Translations under genes and position numbers: made by a program | Shown here: piece by piece, positions 37,869 through 46,984 of the stretch | Layout of the letters: every line of letters begins with the position of its first letter | How positions within the stretch are numbered: the first letter of the stretch is position 1 | Source of the DNA: Planctomycetota bacterium | Lineage (GTDB): Bacteria > Planctomycetota > UBA1135 > UBA2386 | DNA: 64,000 bases | NCBI GenBank assembly: GCA_019636245.1 | Contig: JAHBXX010000001.1 | Coordinates: forward strand, 73,859-137,858 | Direction: 5' to 3' | The notes under the pieces: generated by a model | What the model was told of the DNA's origin: nothing | The model's database searches: none | What the model saw: the letters and a program-made list of their open reading frames with translations, nothing else

Positions 37869-40567
37869 GGCGCCGCGTGGGCCTGGGCCTGCTGGCGAGC
37901 GCCGCGCTGGCCGCGCAGGATCCGGTGGCGGAGCGGCTCGCCGCGCTGACGCTCGAACAGAAGGCGGGGCAGCTGTTCGTCGCCTGGACGCTGTCGCGCG
38001 CCGAGGGCGACCACCACGAACGGCTGCTGGCCGCGGTGGGCGAGGCCGGCCTCGGCGGCGTCGTCCTCAGCCTCGGCACCGTCGCCGACGCGGCGGCGCT
38101 GGTGCCGCGCCTGCAGGCCGCGGCGGCGGTGCCGCTGCTGGTCGCCGGCGACTTCGAGGGCGGCGTCTGGTTCCGGCTGGCCGGCGCCACCGAACTCGGC
38201 AACCAGATGCTGGTCGGCGCGACCGGCTCGGCCGCGCTGGCCGAGGCGATGGGGCGGGTCACCGCCCGCGAGGCGGGCGCGCTCGGCTGCCACTGGGTGT
38301 TCGCGCCGGTGCTGGACGTGAACAGCAACCCCGACAACCCGATCATCAACACGCGCAGCTTCGGCGAGGATCCCGACCTGGTCGCACGGCTCGGCAGCGC
38401 GTTCGCGCGCGGCGTGCAGCAGGAAGGGCTGCTCGCCTGCGGCAAGCACTTCCCCGGCCACGGCGACGTCGATGCCGACTCGCACCTCTCGTTGCCGACG
38501 GTGCCCGGCGACGCCGCCCGGCTGCGCGCGGTCGAACTGCGGCCGTTCGCGGCGGCGGCGCGCGCCGGCCTCGGCGCGGTGATGACCGGCCACCTGGCGG
38601 TGCCGGGGCTCGGCGAGAGCCCGGACGTGCCGGCGACGCTGAGCCCGCGCCTCCTCGGCGGCGTGCTGCGCGGCGAACTCGGCTTCCAGGGCCTGGTCGT
38701 CACCGATGCGCTCGACATGGGCGGCGTGCGCGGCGCCCTGCCGCCCGGCGAGGTCGCGGTGCGCGCGTTGCTGGCCGGCGCCGACGTGCTGCTGATGCCG
38801 CCCGATCCGCTGGCGGCGCGCGCGGCCGTGGTCGAGGCGGTGCGGTCGGGCCGCGTGCCGGCGGCACGGCTCGACGAGGCCGTGGCGCGGATCCTCGCCG
38901 CGAAGGCGCGCGCCGGCTTGTTCGCCGGCGGCGGTCGCGTCGCCGCCGACTGGCCGGCGCGGCTGCGCACGCCCGAGGCCGAGCGCGTGGCCGACGCGAT
39001 CGCGGCGCGCGGGCTGACGCTGGCGTTCGCGCGCGACGGCGCGCTGCCGCTGGCGCGTGACGCGGCCCCGCTGCTGGTGACGCTGCTCGACCACGACGAG
39101 GGCCAGCTCGGCGCGTTCGCGGAGGCGCTCGGCGTCGGCGAAGGCGACCGGTTGCGGGTCTCGGCCGGCAGCGGCGAGGAGGCGATCGCCGCCGCCTCGG
39201 CGCGCGTCGCGGCCGCGGCCCACGTGGTGCTCGCGCTCGACGTGCGCGTGCGGGAGTACTCGGGCCAGCTCGGCCTGCCGCCGCGGCTGCAGCCCGTGCT
39301 CGACGCGCTGCGCCACGACCAGCGCGTGGTCGCGGTGTCGTTCGGGGATCCCTACGTCGCGCGTCGCCTGCCGCACGCCGATGCCTGCTTGTGCGCCTAC
39401 GTCGGGACCGAGCGGCTGCAGCGCCGCGCGGCGGCGGCGCTGCGCGGCGAGGTCGCGGTCACCGGCCGGCTGCCGGTCGGCATCCCGGGCGCCGCCGAAC
39501 CAGGCGCCGGCTGCACGCAGTTGCCCGGCGTCGAGGTGCCGGGCGCCGAGCCCGCGGACCACGACCTGGTGCCCGACCTCGCCGAACGCATCCGCCGCCG
39601 GCTCGAACGCGCGGTGGCCGAGCGCGTGTTCCCCGGCGGCGTCTGTCTGGTCGCCCGCCGTGGCGAGCGGGTGGTCGAGGTCGCGGTCGGCCGCGAGAGC
39701 TACGCCGACGACGCCGCCGCGGTCACGCCGGCCCTGGTCTACGACCTGGCCTCGCTGACGAAGGTCGTCGCGACGCTGCCGGCGGTGCTGCGGCTGGCGG
39801 CCCGGGGCACGCTGTCGCTCGACGATCCGGTCGGTCGTTGGCTGCCGGAGTTCCGTGCCGGGGGCCAGGCGGCCGTCACCGTCGCCGACCTGTTGCGGCA
39901 CCGCGGCGGCCTGCCCGCCTTCCGGCCCTGGTTCCGCACCCTGCAGGGCCGCGACGCGATCGTCGCCGCCGCGGCCGCCGAGCCGGTGGCGGACGGGCCG
40001 TTCGTGCGCGTCTACAGCGACGTCGGCTACGTGCTGCTCGGCGCCGTCGTCGAGGCGGCGAGCGGCGAATCGCTGGCGGCGTTCGCCGCGCGCGAGGTGT
40101 TCGTGCCGCTGGGCATGCAGGGCGCGTGCTTCGTGCCGGTGGCCGCGGCGCCGCTCGCGGCGGCGCCGACCGAGTCCGATCCGGCCCGCGGCGGCGTCGT
40201 GCGCGGCCACGTGCACGACGAGAACGCGTTCGCGATGGGCGGCGTCGCCGGCCACGCGGGGCTGTTCGCCCGCGCCGACGACGTGCTGCGGCTGGGCATC
40301 GCCATGCTGGCCGGCGGCCGCGGCGTGCTGCCGCGCGAGCTGGTGGCGCTGGCGACCACGGGGCCGGAACCGCTGGGTTTCGCCCCAGCCGCCGGCGGCG
40401 CCTTCGGCCACACGGGCTTCACCGGCACCTCGCTGTGGTGCCATCCGCGCCACGACCTGTGCGTCGTGCTGCTGACCAACCGGGTGCACCCGCGGCGCGG
40501 CGACGGCACCGGCATCGCCGCGGTGCGCGCCGACGTGCACGAACTGGTGCTCGCCGCGCTACGCTGA
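37865..40567 (+). CDS. Secreted fusion protein: GH3 beta-N-acetylglucosaminidase (NagZ-type) + beta-lactamase-fold serine hydrolase (AmiE/class C-like)
   Basis: GTGA overlap with the upstream gene. The signal peptide ends ...SAALAA|QDPV. GH3 motif KHFPGHGDVDADSH. C-terminal domain with SxxK (ASLTK), YSD and HTG boxes. Confidence 0.88.
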   Translation: MRRRVGLGLLASAALAAQDPVAERLAALTLEQKAGQLFVAWTLSRAEGDHHERLLAAVGEAGLGGVVLSLGTVADAAALVPRLQAAAAVPLLVAGDFEGGVWFRLAGATELGNQMLVGATGSAALAEAMGRVTAREAGALGCHWVFAPVLDVNSNPDNPIINTRSFGEDPDLVARLGSAFARGVQQEGLLACGKHFPGHGDVDADSHLSLPTVPGDAARLRAVELRPFAAAARAGLGAVMTGHLAVPGLGESPDVPATLSPRLLGGVLRGELGFQGLVVTDALDMGGVRGALPPGEVAVRALLAGADVLLMPPDPLAARAAVVEAVRSGRVPAARLDEAVARILAAKARAGLFAGGGRVAADWPARLRTPEAERVADAIAARGLTLAFARDGALPLARDAAPLLVTLLDHDEGQLGAFAEALGVGEGDRLRVSAGSGEEAIAAASARVAAAAHVVLALDVRVREYSGQLGLPPRLQPVLDALRHDQRVVAVSFGDPYVARRLPHADACLCAYVGTERLQRRAAAALRGEVAVTGRLPVGIPGAAEPGAGCTQLPGVEVPGAEPADHDLVPDLAERIRRRLERAVAERVFPGGVCLVARRGERVVEVAVGRESYADDAAAVTPALVYDLASLTKVVATLPAVLRLAARGTLSLDDPVGRWLPEFRAGGQAAVTVADLLRHRGGLPAFRPWFRTLQGRDAIVAAAAAEPVADGPFVRVYSDVGYVLLGAVVEAASGESLAAFAAREVFVPLGMQGACFVPVAAAPLAAAPTESDPARGGVVRGHVHDENAFAMGGVAGHAGLFARADDVLRLGIAMLAGGRGVLPRELVALATTGPEPLGFAPAAGGAFGHTGFTGTSLWCHPRHDLCVVLLTNRVHPRRGDGTGIAAVRADVHELVLAALR

Positions 40568-40584
40568 CGGCCCTGAGGTTGCCC

Positions 40585-41451
40585 ATGCTGCGTGCCACGA
40601 TCGTCGGTCTGTCGTTCCTCTGTGCCGCGCTGCCCGCACAGGACGCGGCGCCTGTGCCGGCGAGCCTGCGCGTGCGCGTGATCGGCGCCAGCGTCAGCGG
40701 CGGCTTCCGCGACGGGCCGATGTTCGGCGCCGAGGAGCAGGGCGATTCGGTGACGATGCAGCATGTGCTGCGGCGCTGGGCCGGCGAGCACGCGGTGGTG
40801 AGCACGCACAGCACGGTCGACATGCTGGCGATGTTCACCGATCCGCTGCGCATCGGCCGCGAGCAGATCGCCGGCGTGCGCAAGGCGAAGGCGGACCTGG
40901 TGGTCGCCGTCGACTTCCCGTTCTGGTTCGCCTACGGCTACGTGGACGGCGACGAGGCGGCGGCGCGCAAGGAACGGCTCGCCGCCGGACTGGCGCTGCT
41001 CGGGGACCTCTCGATGCCGGTGCTGATCGGCGACCTGCCCGACATGACGGGTGCTGCGCGGCGCATGCTGAACCCGCGGCAGATCCCGCCGCCCGAACTG
41101 CTGGCAGCGCTGAACGCCCAGCTGGCCGAGTTCGTGGCGGCGCACGAGCACGTGCGGCTGCTGCCGCTGGCCGGAGCGGTCAAGGCGATGCGCGACGAGG
41201 GCGTGACGCTGCCGCTCGAACGCGGTGGTCTGGCGACGGCGCCCGGCGCGCTGCAGCAGGGCGACCGGCTGCACGCGAACAGGCTCGGCATGGCCTACCT
41301 CGGCTGGCTGCTGCAGCCGGCGCTGCGGCAGATGTTCCCGGCCGAGCACCCGCTGCGCGCCCAGCAGTGGACCTTCGAGCGGTTCGTCGAGGCCGCCGGC
41401 GCCGAGGGCGACCTCGAGCTGCAGCGCGCGGCGGCGGCGCGGGCGCGGTGA
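40585..41451 (+). CDS. Secreted SGNH/GDSL-like hydrolase (tentative)
   Basis: GAGG lies upstream of ATG 40585. The signal peptide ends ...CAALPA|QDAA. Block I-like VIGASVSGG and block V-like DRLHANRLG. Confidence 0.6.
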   Translation: MLRATIVGLSFLCAALPAQDAAPVPASLRVRVIGASVSGGFRDGPMFGAEEQGDSVTMQHVLRRWAGEHAVVSTHSTVDMLAMFTDPLRIGREQIAGVRKAKADLVVAVDFPFWFAYGYVDGDEAAARKERLAAGLALLGDLSMPVLIGDLPDMTGAARRMLNPRQIPPPELLAALNAQLAEFVAAHEHVRLLPLAGAVKAMRDEGVTLPLERGGLATAPGALQQGDRLHANRLGMAYLGWLLQPALRQMFPAEHPLRAQQWTFERFVEAAGAEGDLELQRAAAARAR

Positions 41452-41494
41452 CGGCGCCGGCCGACGCGCGGCTCGCGGCGCGCCGGAACCGGCG

Positions 41495-43582
41495 TCAGCG
41501 GCCGAGCACCGGCTGCCAGTCCGGCACGGCGCGCAGCGGCGCCAGCTTGTCGCCGAGCAGGGCCTGCTGCCACGGCAGCAGCCGGACGCCGAGCTGGGTC
41601 GCGTCCTCACCGAGCCGGATCGCCGTGTCGGGCTGGCCGAGGTCGAGCGCGTGCAGCGCGCCGACGACGTGGCCGCGGCAGTCGCGCCGCAGCATGCCGG
41701 CGCCGCGCATCGCCTGCAGCAGCTCCCGCAGGTGCTCGCCGGTCGCCGCCAGCGCCCCTGGCGACGGCACGCCGAGCGTGTCGATCGCCTGCACGAAGTG
41801 CTGCTCGGCGCGGTAGCGGGCGGCGCCGGCCTCGTCGCCCTTCTGCTGCGCCCGGTCGGCGAGGCCGGCGAACGCTTCGGCGAGCCGCGCGCGCAGCCGC
41901 GGGTGCGGTGCGACGGCCAGCGCTTCGACGGCGGCGTCCTGGGCGCCGCGACCGGCCAGCACGGTGCCGAGCAGGAGCCGCAGCTCCGGGTTCGGCGGGT
42001 CGAGCCGCAGCGCGTGGCGCGCCACCTGCTCGGCCTCGGCCGGGCGGTTGCCGCGCGCCAGGATCTCGCCGAGCAGCACGTGCAGCTGCGGGTCGTAGGG
42101 CCGCAGCCGCAGCGCCCGCGCCGCCGAGGTCGCGGCCGCGGCCAGGTCGCCCCGGAACATCTGCTCCTGCGCCAGCAGCTGGTGCCAGGATGGTTCGAAC
42201 GGCATCACCGCGCGGACCTGCTCCAGCGACGCGACCGGCGCCAGTCCGCCCTGCGCGCGCGCCCGCTGGTAGGGGACGAAGAACGTGTTCGCCAGCAGCG
42301 GCAGTGCGCCGAGCGCGAGCAGCGCCAGCGCCAGCGCGCCGCGCAGCAGCACGCGCCAGGTCCGCGCGGCGGCGGGCGGCGCCGGCGCGGGCCGGCCCGC
42401 GAGCAGCAGCGCGGCGGCGACCGCCGGCGCGTTCCACAGCGGCGAGCGGGCGAGCATCAGCAGCAGCAGCACGAACAGCGGCACCAGCCGCGCGCGGTCC
42501 CCGGCGCCGCGCTGCAGCGCGAACAGGAGCCAGGTGAACAGGCCGAGCGCCAGCAGACCGCCGTCGACCAGCAGCTCGAGCCAGTCGTCGTGCGCCGTGC
42601 GCACCGCGGCGGCGAACTGGCGGCCCTGCGTCGAGGCCTCGATCTCGGCCTGGCTGCGCACGCGCGGGTAGACGACCGCGAACTGGCCCGGGCCATGGCC
42701 GAACAGCGGCGCCTCGCCGACGAGGCGGGTGCCGCCCTTGGCGATCTCGAGCCGCACCGCGAGCGTCTTCGCCGCCCGCCCGGCGGCGGCCTGCGCCGCC
42801 GCGGCGTCGGCCGGCGCGGAGCGCGGCGCCAACGCCTCGATGGCGAGACCACCCAGGGCGCCGGCGGCGGCGACGGCCAGCGGCAGCCACGGACGGGCGG
42901 CGCGGCGGCGCAGGATGGCGAGCAGCAGCAGCCCGAGCGGCAGCGCCACGAGGCCCGAGCGCGAGCCGTCGACGACCAGGTAGGCCGCGGCGCCGGCGAG
43001 CGCCGCGGCCGGCAGCCAGCGTGGCCGTGGCGCCAGCGCGGCGGTGGCGGCGGCGGCGACCGCGGTCCATTCGGCGGCGACGTTGAGGTTGCCGAACACC
43101 GACACCGGCTCGGCGGGCAGACCGTAGCCGGCGACCTCGGCGAGGCCGAGGCGCTGCAGCAGGCCGTACAGCGACGTCACCAGCAGCGTGCCGGCCAGCG
43201 GCAGCGCGAAGGCGTGCGGCGCGGCGGCGCCGAGCCGCAGCACGACGCCGAGCGCGAGCCAGTGGGCGAGCCGGTAGAGGGCGTCCCAGGGCTGGAACGA
43301 CACCGGCACCGCCTCGGTGGCGGCGAGCGCCTGGCCGCCGAGGTTGACCAGCGCGGCGAGGGCCAGCGCGCCGAGGAACCAGAGCCCCTGGCGTTCGCCG
43401 GCCGCGGGCCCCAGGCGCGGCGCCAGCAGCAGCACGGCGCCGGCGAGCGCGAGCAGCAGCCCGCGCCGCACCTGCTCGAAGTCGAGCCAGAACGGCTGGA
43501 ACGGCAGCACCAGCAGCAGCACGAACGCCCACGGCAGCCAGCGCGGCAGCGACCCCGACGGCGGCGCGATGGCGGCGGTCAT
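41495..43582 (-). CDS. O-antigen ligase (Wzy_C)-like polytopic membrane protein with C-terminal TPR repeats
   Basis: Multiple TM segments, Wzy_C-type motif TAHDDWLELLVDGG, and TPR-like repeats in the last roughly 250 aa. ATGA overlap with the ftsY stop. Confidence 0.8.
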   Translation of the reverse strand: MTAAIAPPSGSLPRWLPWAFVLLLVLPFQPFWLDFEQVRRGLLLALAGAVLLLAPRLGPAAGERQGLWFLGALALAALVNLGGQALAATEAVPVSFQPWDALYRLAHWLALGVVLRLGAAAPHAFALPLAGTLLVTSLYGLLQRLGLAEVAGYGLPAEPVSVFGNLNVAAEWTAVAAAATAALAPRPRWLPAAALAGAAAYLVVDGSRSGLVALPLGLLLLAILRRRAARPWLPLAVAAAGALGGLAIEALAPRSAPADAAAAQAAAGRAAKTLAVRLEIAKGGTRLVGEAPLFGHGPGQFAVVYPRVRSQAEIEASTQGRQFAAAVRTAHDDWLELLVDGGLLALGLFTWLLFALQRGAGDRARLVPLFVLLLLMLARSPLWNAPAVAAALLLAGRPAPAPPAAARTWRVLLRGALALALLALGALPLLANTFFVPYQRARAQGGLAPVASLEQVRAVMPFEPSWHQLLAQEQMFRGDLAAAATSAARALRLRPYDPQLHVLLGEILARGNRPAEAEQVARHALRLDPPNPELRLLLGTVLAGRGAQDAAVEALAVAPHPRLRARLAEAFAGLADRAQQKGDEAGAARYRAEQHFVQAIDTLGVPSPGALAATGEHLRELLQAMRGAGMLRRDCRGHVVGALHALDLGQPDTAIRLGEDATQLGVRLLPWQQALLGDKLAPLRAVPDWQPVLGR

Positions 43583-44520
43583 GCCGGCGTCGGCTGGCCC
43601 TGGTCGCGCGCGCCGAAGTCGAGGATCGCGTCGACGAAGGCCTCGACGCGGAACGGCTCGAGGTCGTCGAGACCCTCGCCGGTGCCGACGAACTTGACCG
43701 GCACCGGCAGCACCGAGCGGATGCCGAACACGGCGCCGCCCTTGGCGGTGCCGTCCATCTTCGCCAGGATCAGGCCGGTGACCGGCGCGCTGCGCGCGAA
43801 CTCGCTGGCCTGCCGGATCGCGTTCTGGCCGGTGGTCGCGTCGAGCACCAGCAGCGTCTCGTGCGGCGCCTCCGGCAGCTGCTTCTTGACCACGCGCACG
43901 ATCTTCTCGAGCTCGGTCATCAGGTTCTTCTGCGTGTGCAGCCGGCCGGCGGTGTCGAGGATCAGGTAGTCGACCTTGCGCGCGATCGCCGCCGCGACCG
44001 CGTCGAAGGCGACCGCGGCCGGGTCGGCGCCGGTGGCCTGCTTGACGATCGGGATCCGCATGCGCTCGGCCCAGAGCGTCAGCTGCTCGACGGCGGCGGC
44101 GCGGAAGGTGTCGCCGGCGCCGAGCAGCACCGAGCGACCCTGCTGCTGCAGGTGCCGCGCCAGCTTCGCGATCGAGGTGGTCTTGCCGGCGCCGTTGACG
44201 CCGACGACGAGCACCACGGTCGGCGGCGCGGCAGCGTGCTGCAGCGGCGCCTCGCTGCCGCGCAATCGTTCGATCAGCTGCTGGCGCAGGAAGGCCGGTA
44301 CCGCGGCGGCGTCGCGGATCTGGCGCTGCCGGAAGGCGCTCTTCAGCCGCTCGACGACCTCGGTGCCGACCGGGCCCAGATCGCCTTCGTAGAGCAGCTG
44401 CTCGAGTTCGTCGAGGAACGCCTCGTCGAGCGCGCGGCCGAACGAGAACAGCCGGCCGAGGCCGGCCGCGAGCTTGTCGCGGGTGCGCTTCAGGGCGCCG
44501 AACAGCTTGCCGAGCACCAT
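43579..44520 (-). CDS. ftsY: Signal recognition particle receptor FtsY
   Basis: SRP-GTPase motifs GVNGAGKTTSIAKLA, DTAGR, TKMDGTAKGG-like (AKMDGTAKGG). Confidence 0.95.
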   Translation of the reverse strand: MVLGKLFGALKRTRDKLAAGLGRLFSFGRALDEAFLDELEQLLYEGDLGPVGTEVVERLKSAFRQRQIRDAAAVPAFLRQQLIERLRGSEAPLQHAAAPPTVVLVVGVNGAGKTTSIAKLARHLQQQGRSVLLGAGDTFRAAAVEQLTLWAERMRIPIVKQATGADPAAVAFDAVAAAIARKVDYLILDTAGRLHTQKNLMTELEKIVRVVKKQLPEAPHETLLVLDATTGQNAIRQASEFARSAPVTGLILAKMDGTAKGGAVFGIRSVLPVPVKFVGTGEGLDDLEPFRVEAFVDAILDFGARDQGQPTPA

Positions 44521-44543
44521 GGGTCCTGCCGGCGGGGCTCAGG

Positions 44544-45005
44544 TCACTCGGCCGCTTGGGCGGGTTTCGCCTGCGCCTCGAGGTCGATGCGGATGCGGTC
44601 GAGGATGCCGTTGACGAAGCCGCCCGAGTTGGCGGTCGAGAACTTCTTCGCCAGCTCGATCGCCTCGTTGATCACCACCTTCGGCGGCACGTCGCGGCAG
44701 TGCATCAGTTCGTAGATCGCCATGCGCAGCACGTTGCGGTCGACGTTCGCCATGCGCCGCAGGTCCCAGTTGCGCGTCACGGCCTGCAGCCGCTGGTCGA
44801 TCTGCTCGCGGTGCTGGAGCGTGCCGTCGACCAGCCGGGCCGCGTAGTCGGTCACCTCCGCCGGGCCCTCGCCTTCGTCGGCGCACAGCTGCGCCGTCGT
44901 CCGGCCGAGCTCCTGCGCGTAGTCGGCGCCGCGCAGGTCGAACTGGAACAGCACCTGCAGGGCGACCTCGCGGGCGCGCGTGCGGCGGCGGATGGGGGCG
45001 GTCAT
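44544..45005 (-). CDS. nusB: Transcription antitermination factor NusB
   Basis: ATG 45005. RRRTRAREVALQVLFQFD..., NVDRNVLRMAIYEL..., VVINEAIELAKKF. Confidence 0.92.
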   Translation of the reverse strand: MTAPIRRRTRAREVALQVLFQFDLRGADYAQELGRTTAQLCADEGEGPAEVTDYAARLVDGTLQHREQIDQRLQAVTRNWDLRRMANVDRNVLRMAIYELMHCRDVPPKVVINEAIELAKKFSTANSGGFVNGILDRIRIDLEAQAKPAQAAE

Positions 45006-45080
45006 CGAAGGAGCGGTTTCCAGGGGAAACGAAGCCCCGCACTCTAGCGGCGGTCCGGCGTCGATCAACCCGGTCGGCCG

Positions 45081-45554
45081 TCACGCCAGAGCGCAGTGGC
45101 GGCGCAGGTCGCGCATCGACAGCGCCGCCATCACGGCGTCGGCGCCCTTGTTGCCGGCGTCACCGCCGGCGCGGGCCAGCGCCTGGTCGATCGCCGCGCA
45201 GGTCAGGACGCCGAAGCCGAGCGGCACGCCGGTGTCGAGTTCGACCCGCATCGCCCCGTCGGTGACCCCGCGGCACACGTACTCGTAGTGGTCGGTGCCG
45301 CCGCGCACGACGGCGCCGAGCATCACCACGGCGTCGAAGCGGCCGCTCTGGGCGAACCAGCGGCAGGCCAGCGGCAGTTCGAACGCGCCCGGCACCCAGG
45401 CGACCTCGACGTCGGCGTCGGCGGTGCCGCAGTCGCGCAGCGCCTGCAGCGCGCCGGCCAGCAGCCGCTCGGTGACGATCTCGTTGAAGCGCGCCACCGC
45501 GATCGCCACGCGGGCGCCCTTGCCGTCGGGGTTGCCGTGCCGCACGTTCACCAT
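45081..45554 (-). CDS. ribH: 6,7-dimethyl-8-ribityllumazine synthase
   Basis: ATG 45554. VAIAVARFNEIVTERLLAGA..., VPGAFELP, GAVVRGGTDHYEYV, NKGADA. Confidence 0.93.
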   Translation of the reverse strand: MVNVRHGNPDGKGARVAIAVARFNEIVTERLLAGALQALRDCGTADADVEVAWVPGAFELPLACRWFAQSGRFDAVVMLGAVVRGGTDHYEYVCRGVTDGAMRVELDTGVPLGFGVLTCAAIDQALARAGGDAGNKGADAVMAALSMRDLRRHCALA

Positions 45555-45671
45555 GCGCGGCACCGTAGCGAGGGCCGGCGGACGGGGGAAGCGCGGCGCC
45601 GCCGGCGGGCGCGGCCTTGCTGTTTTGGCGATTCCCTTCGTGGTGCCGGGTGCGCACCATGCACGCCCCTC

Positions 45672-46061
45672 ATGCCGCCCACCCTCCTGTTCTGGATCGG
45701 TTTCACAGCCACCGTGCTGCTGCTGGTGGTGGCGCTCTACACCGGCCTCCGCCGCCGCCGTCGGCTGCACCTCTGGCTGGGGCCGCTGACGATGGTGTCG
45801 CTCGCGCTGACGATCGTGTGGACCGAACAGCTCGTGCGCCGCTACGACTTCCCGCCCGACGTCGTGCGCACCCACCTGGGCTTCGCCAAGGCCGGCGGCC
45901 TGCTGGCGCTGCCGGTGGTGATCACGGGTTTGTGGTTGTGGCGGCAGCCGCGCGCGCGGCGCTGGCACCGCATCGCCGTGGTGGTCTGGCTGCTCAGCGT
46001 TCTCACCGCGACCGGCACGGGGCTGTGGATGTTCGCGCAGGGCACGCCGAAGCCGATGTGA
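45672..46061 (+). CDS. Small integral membrane protein (four hydrophobic segments), unknown function
   Basis: ATG 45672. Non-shadow composition (LLFWIGFTATVLLLVVALYTGL..., WLLSVLTATGTGLWMF). Confidence 0.65.
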   Translation: MPPTLLFWIGFTATVLLLVVALYTGLRRRRRLHLWLGPLTMVSLALTIVWTEQLVRRYDFPPDVVRTHLGFAKAGGLLALPVVITGLWLWRQPRARRWHRIAVVVWLLSVLTATGTGLWMFAQGTPKPM

Positions 46062-46086
46062 GGTCCGGCGAGGGAGGGCCCGACCG

Positions 46087-46875
46087 TCAGCCGCGCAGGA
46101 ACGCCACCACCCGGTCGAACGCCGCGGCGCTCTCCAGCAGCAGGCTGTGGCCGGCGCCGGCGACGCAGGCGTGCTCGGCGCCCGCGATGCGCGCCGCGGT
46201 CGCCGCGACCTCGCTCGCCGGCGTCAGGACGTCCTCGGCGCCGGCGAGGCACAGGGTCGGCCAGCGCACCTGGGCGCAGAGCCGTTCGCCGTCGAACGCC
46301 TGCAGCGCCTGCGCCTGCGCCCGCATGAACGTGCGCGACGCGTCGCTCGGCTTGGTGCTGCGCACGATGTCGTCGACGACGCCCGGCTTCTGGTTCAGGA
46401 ACGTCTCGCCGAACAGGAACGGCGCCGTCAGGTCGCCGAGCAGGCGGCCGTCGACCTCGGTGCACAGGAGTTCGAACCAGCGGTAGACGCGGCGGCTGCG
46501 CGGCGTCGTCAGCGCCGAACTGCACAGCAGCACCAGCCGGGCCGCGTGCGGGCTGCCGGTCGCGGCGGCGCACAGCGCGACCTTGCCGCCGAGGGAGGTG
46601 CCGACCAACGCGACCGGCGGCGGCAGCTGGGCGGCGACCGCGAGCACGTCGTGCGCGGCCTGGACGAAGTCGTAGACGCCGCCGGGCAGCGGCCCCGACG
46701 GTTCGAGACCGACCGGATCGACCGCGGCGCAGGTGAAGCCGGCGCGCGCGAACCGCCGCGGCAGCGTGCCGAACAGCCGCGCGCCGGAGCCGAGGCCGGG
46801 CACCAGCACGACGCCGGGGCCGGAGCCGTCGCGGGTGAAGTGCACGGTGCGGCCGTTGCGGTCGATCGTCGGCAT
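46087..46875 (-). CDS. Alpha/beta-fold hydrolase
   Basis: ATG 46875. HFTRDGSGPGVVLVPGLG, nucleophile elbow GTSLGG, C-terminal GAGHSLLLE. Confidence 0.85.
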   Translation of the reverse strand: MPTIDRNGRTVHFTRDGSGPGVVLVPGLGSGARLFGTLPRRFARAGFTCAAVDPVGLEPSGPLPGGVYDFVQAAHDVLAVAAQLPPPVALVGTSLGGKVALCAAATGSPHAARLVLLCSSALTTPRSRRVYRWFELLCTEVDGRLLGDLTAPFLFGETFLNQKPGVVDDIVRSTKPSDASRTFMRAQAQALQAFDGERLCAQVRWPTLCLAGAEDVLTPASEVAATAARIAGAEHACVAGAGHSLLLESAAAFDRVVAFLRG

Positions 46876-46984
46876 GGCGGCGCAGTCTAGGTCGGGCCCG
46901 CCGCGACGCGAGGGCGGGCCGCGCGGGCGCGGGCGCCGGCCGTCCGGCATGATGCGCGGCCGGCGACGGCCGGCCCGACGACCC

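Noticed and set aside
45555-45671. Possible FMN (RFN) riboswitch upstream of ribH.
   Set aside because: The 117-nt region is too short, and its reverse complement lacks the conserved RFN blocks.
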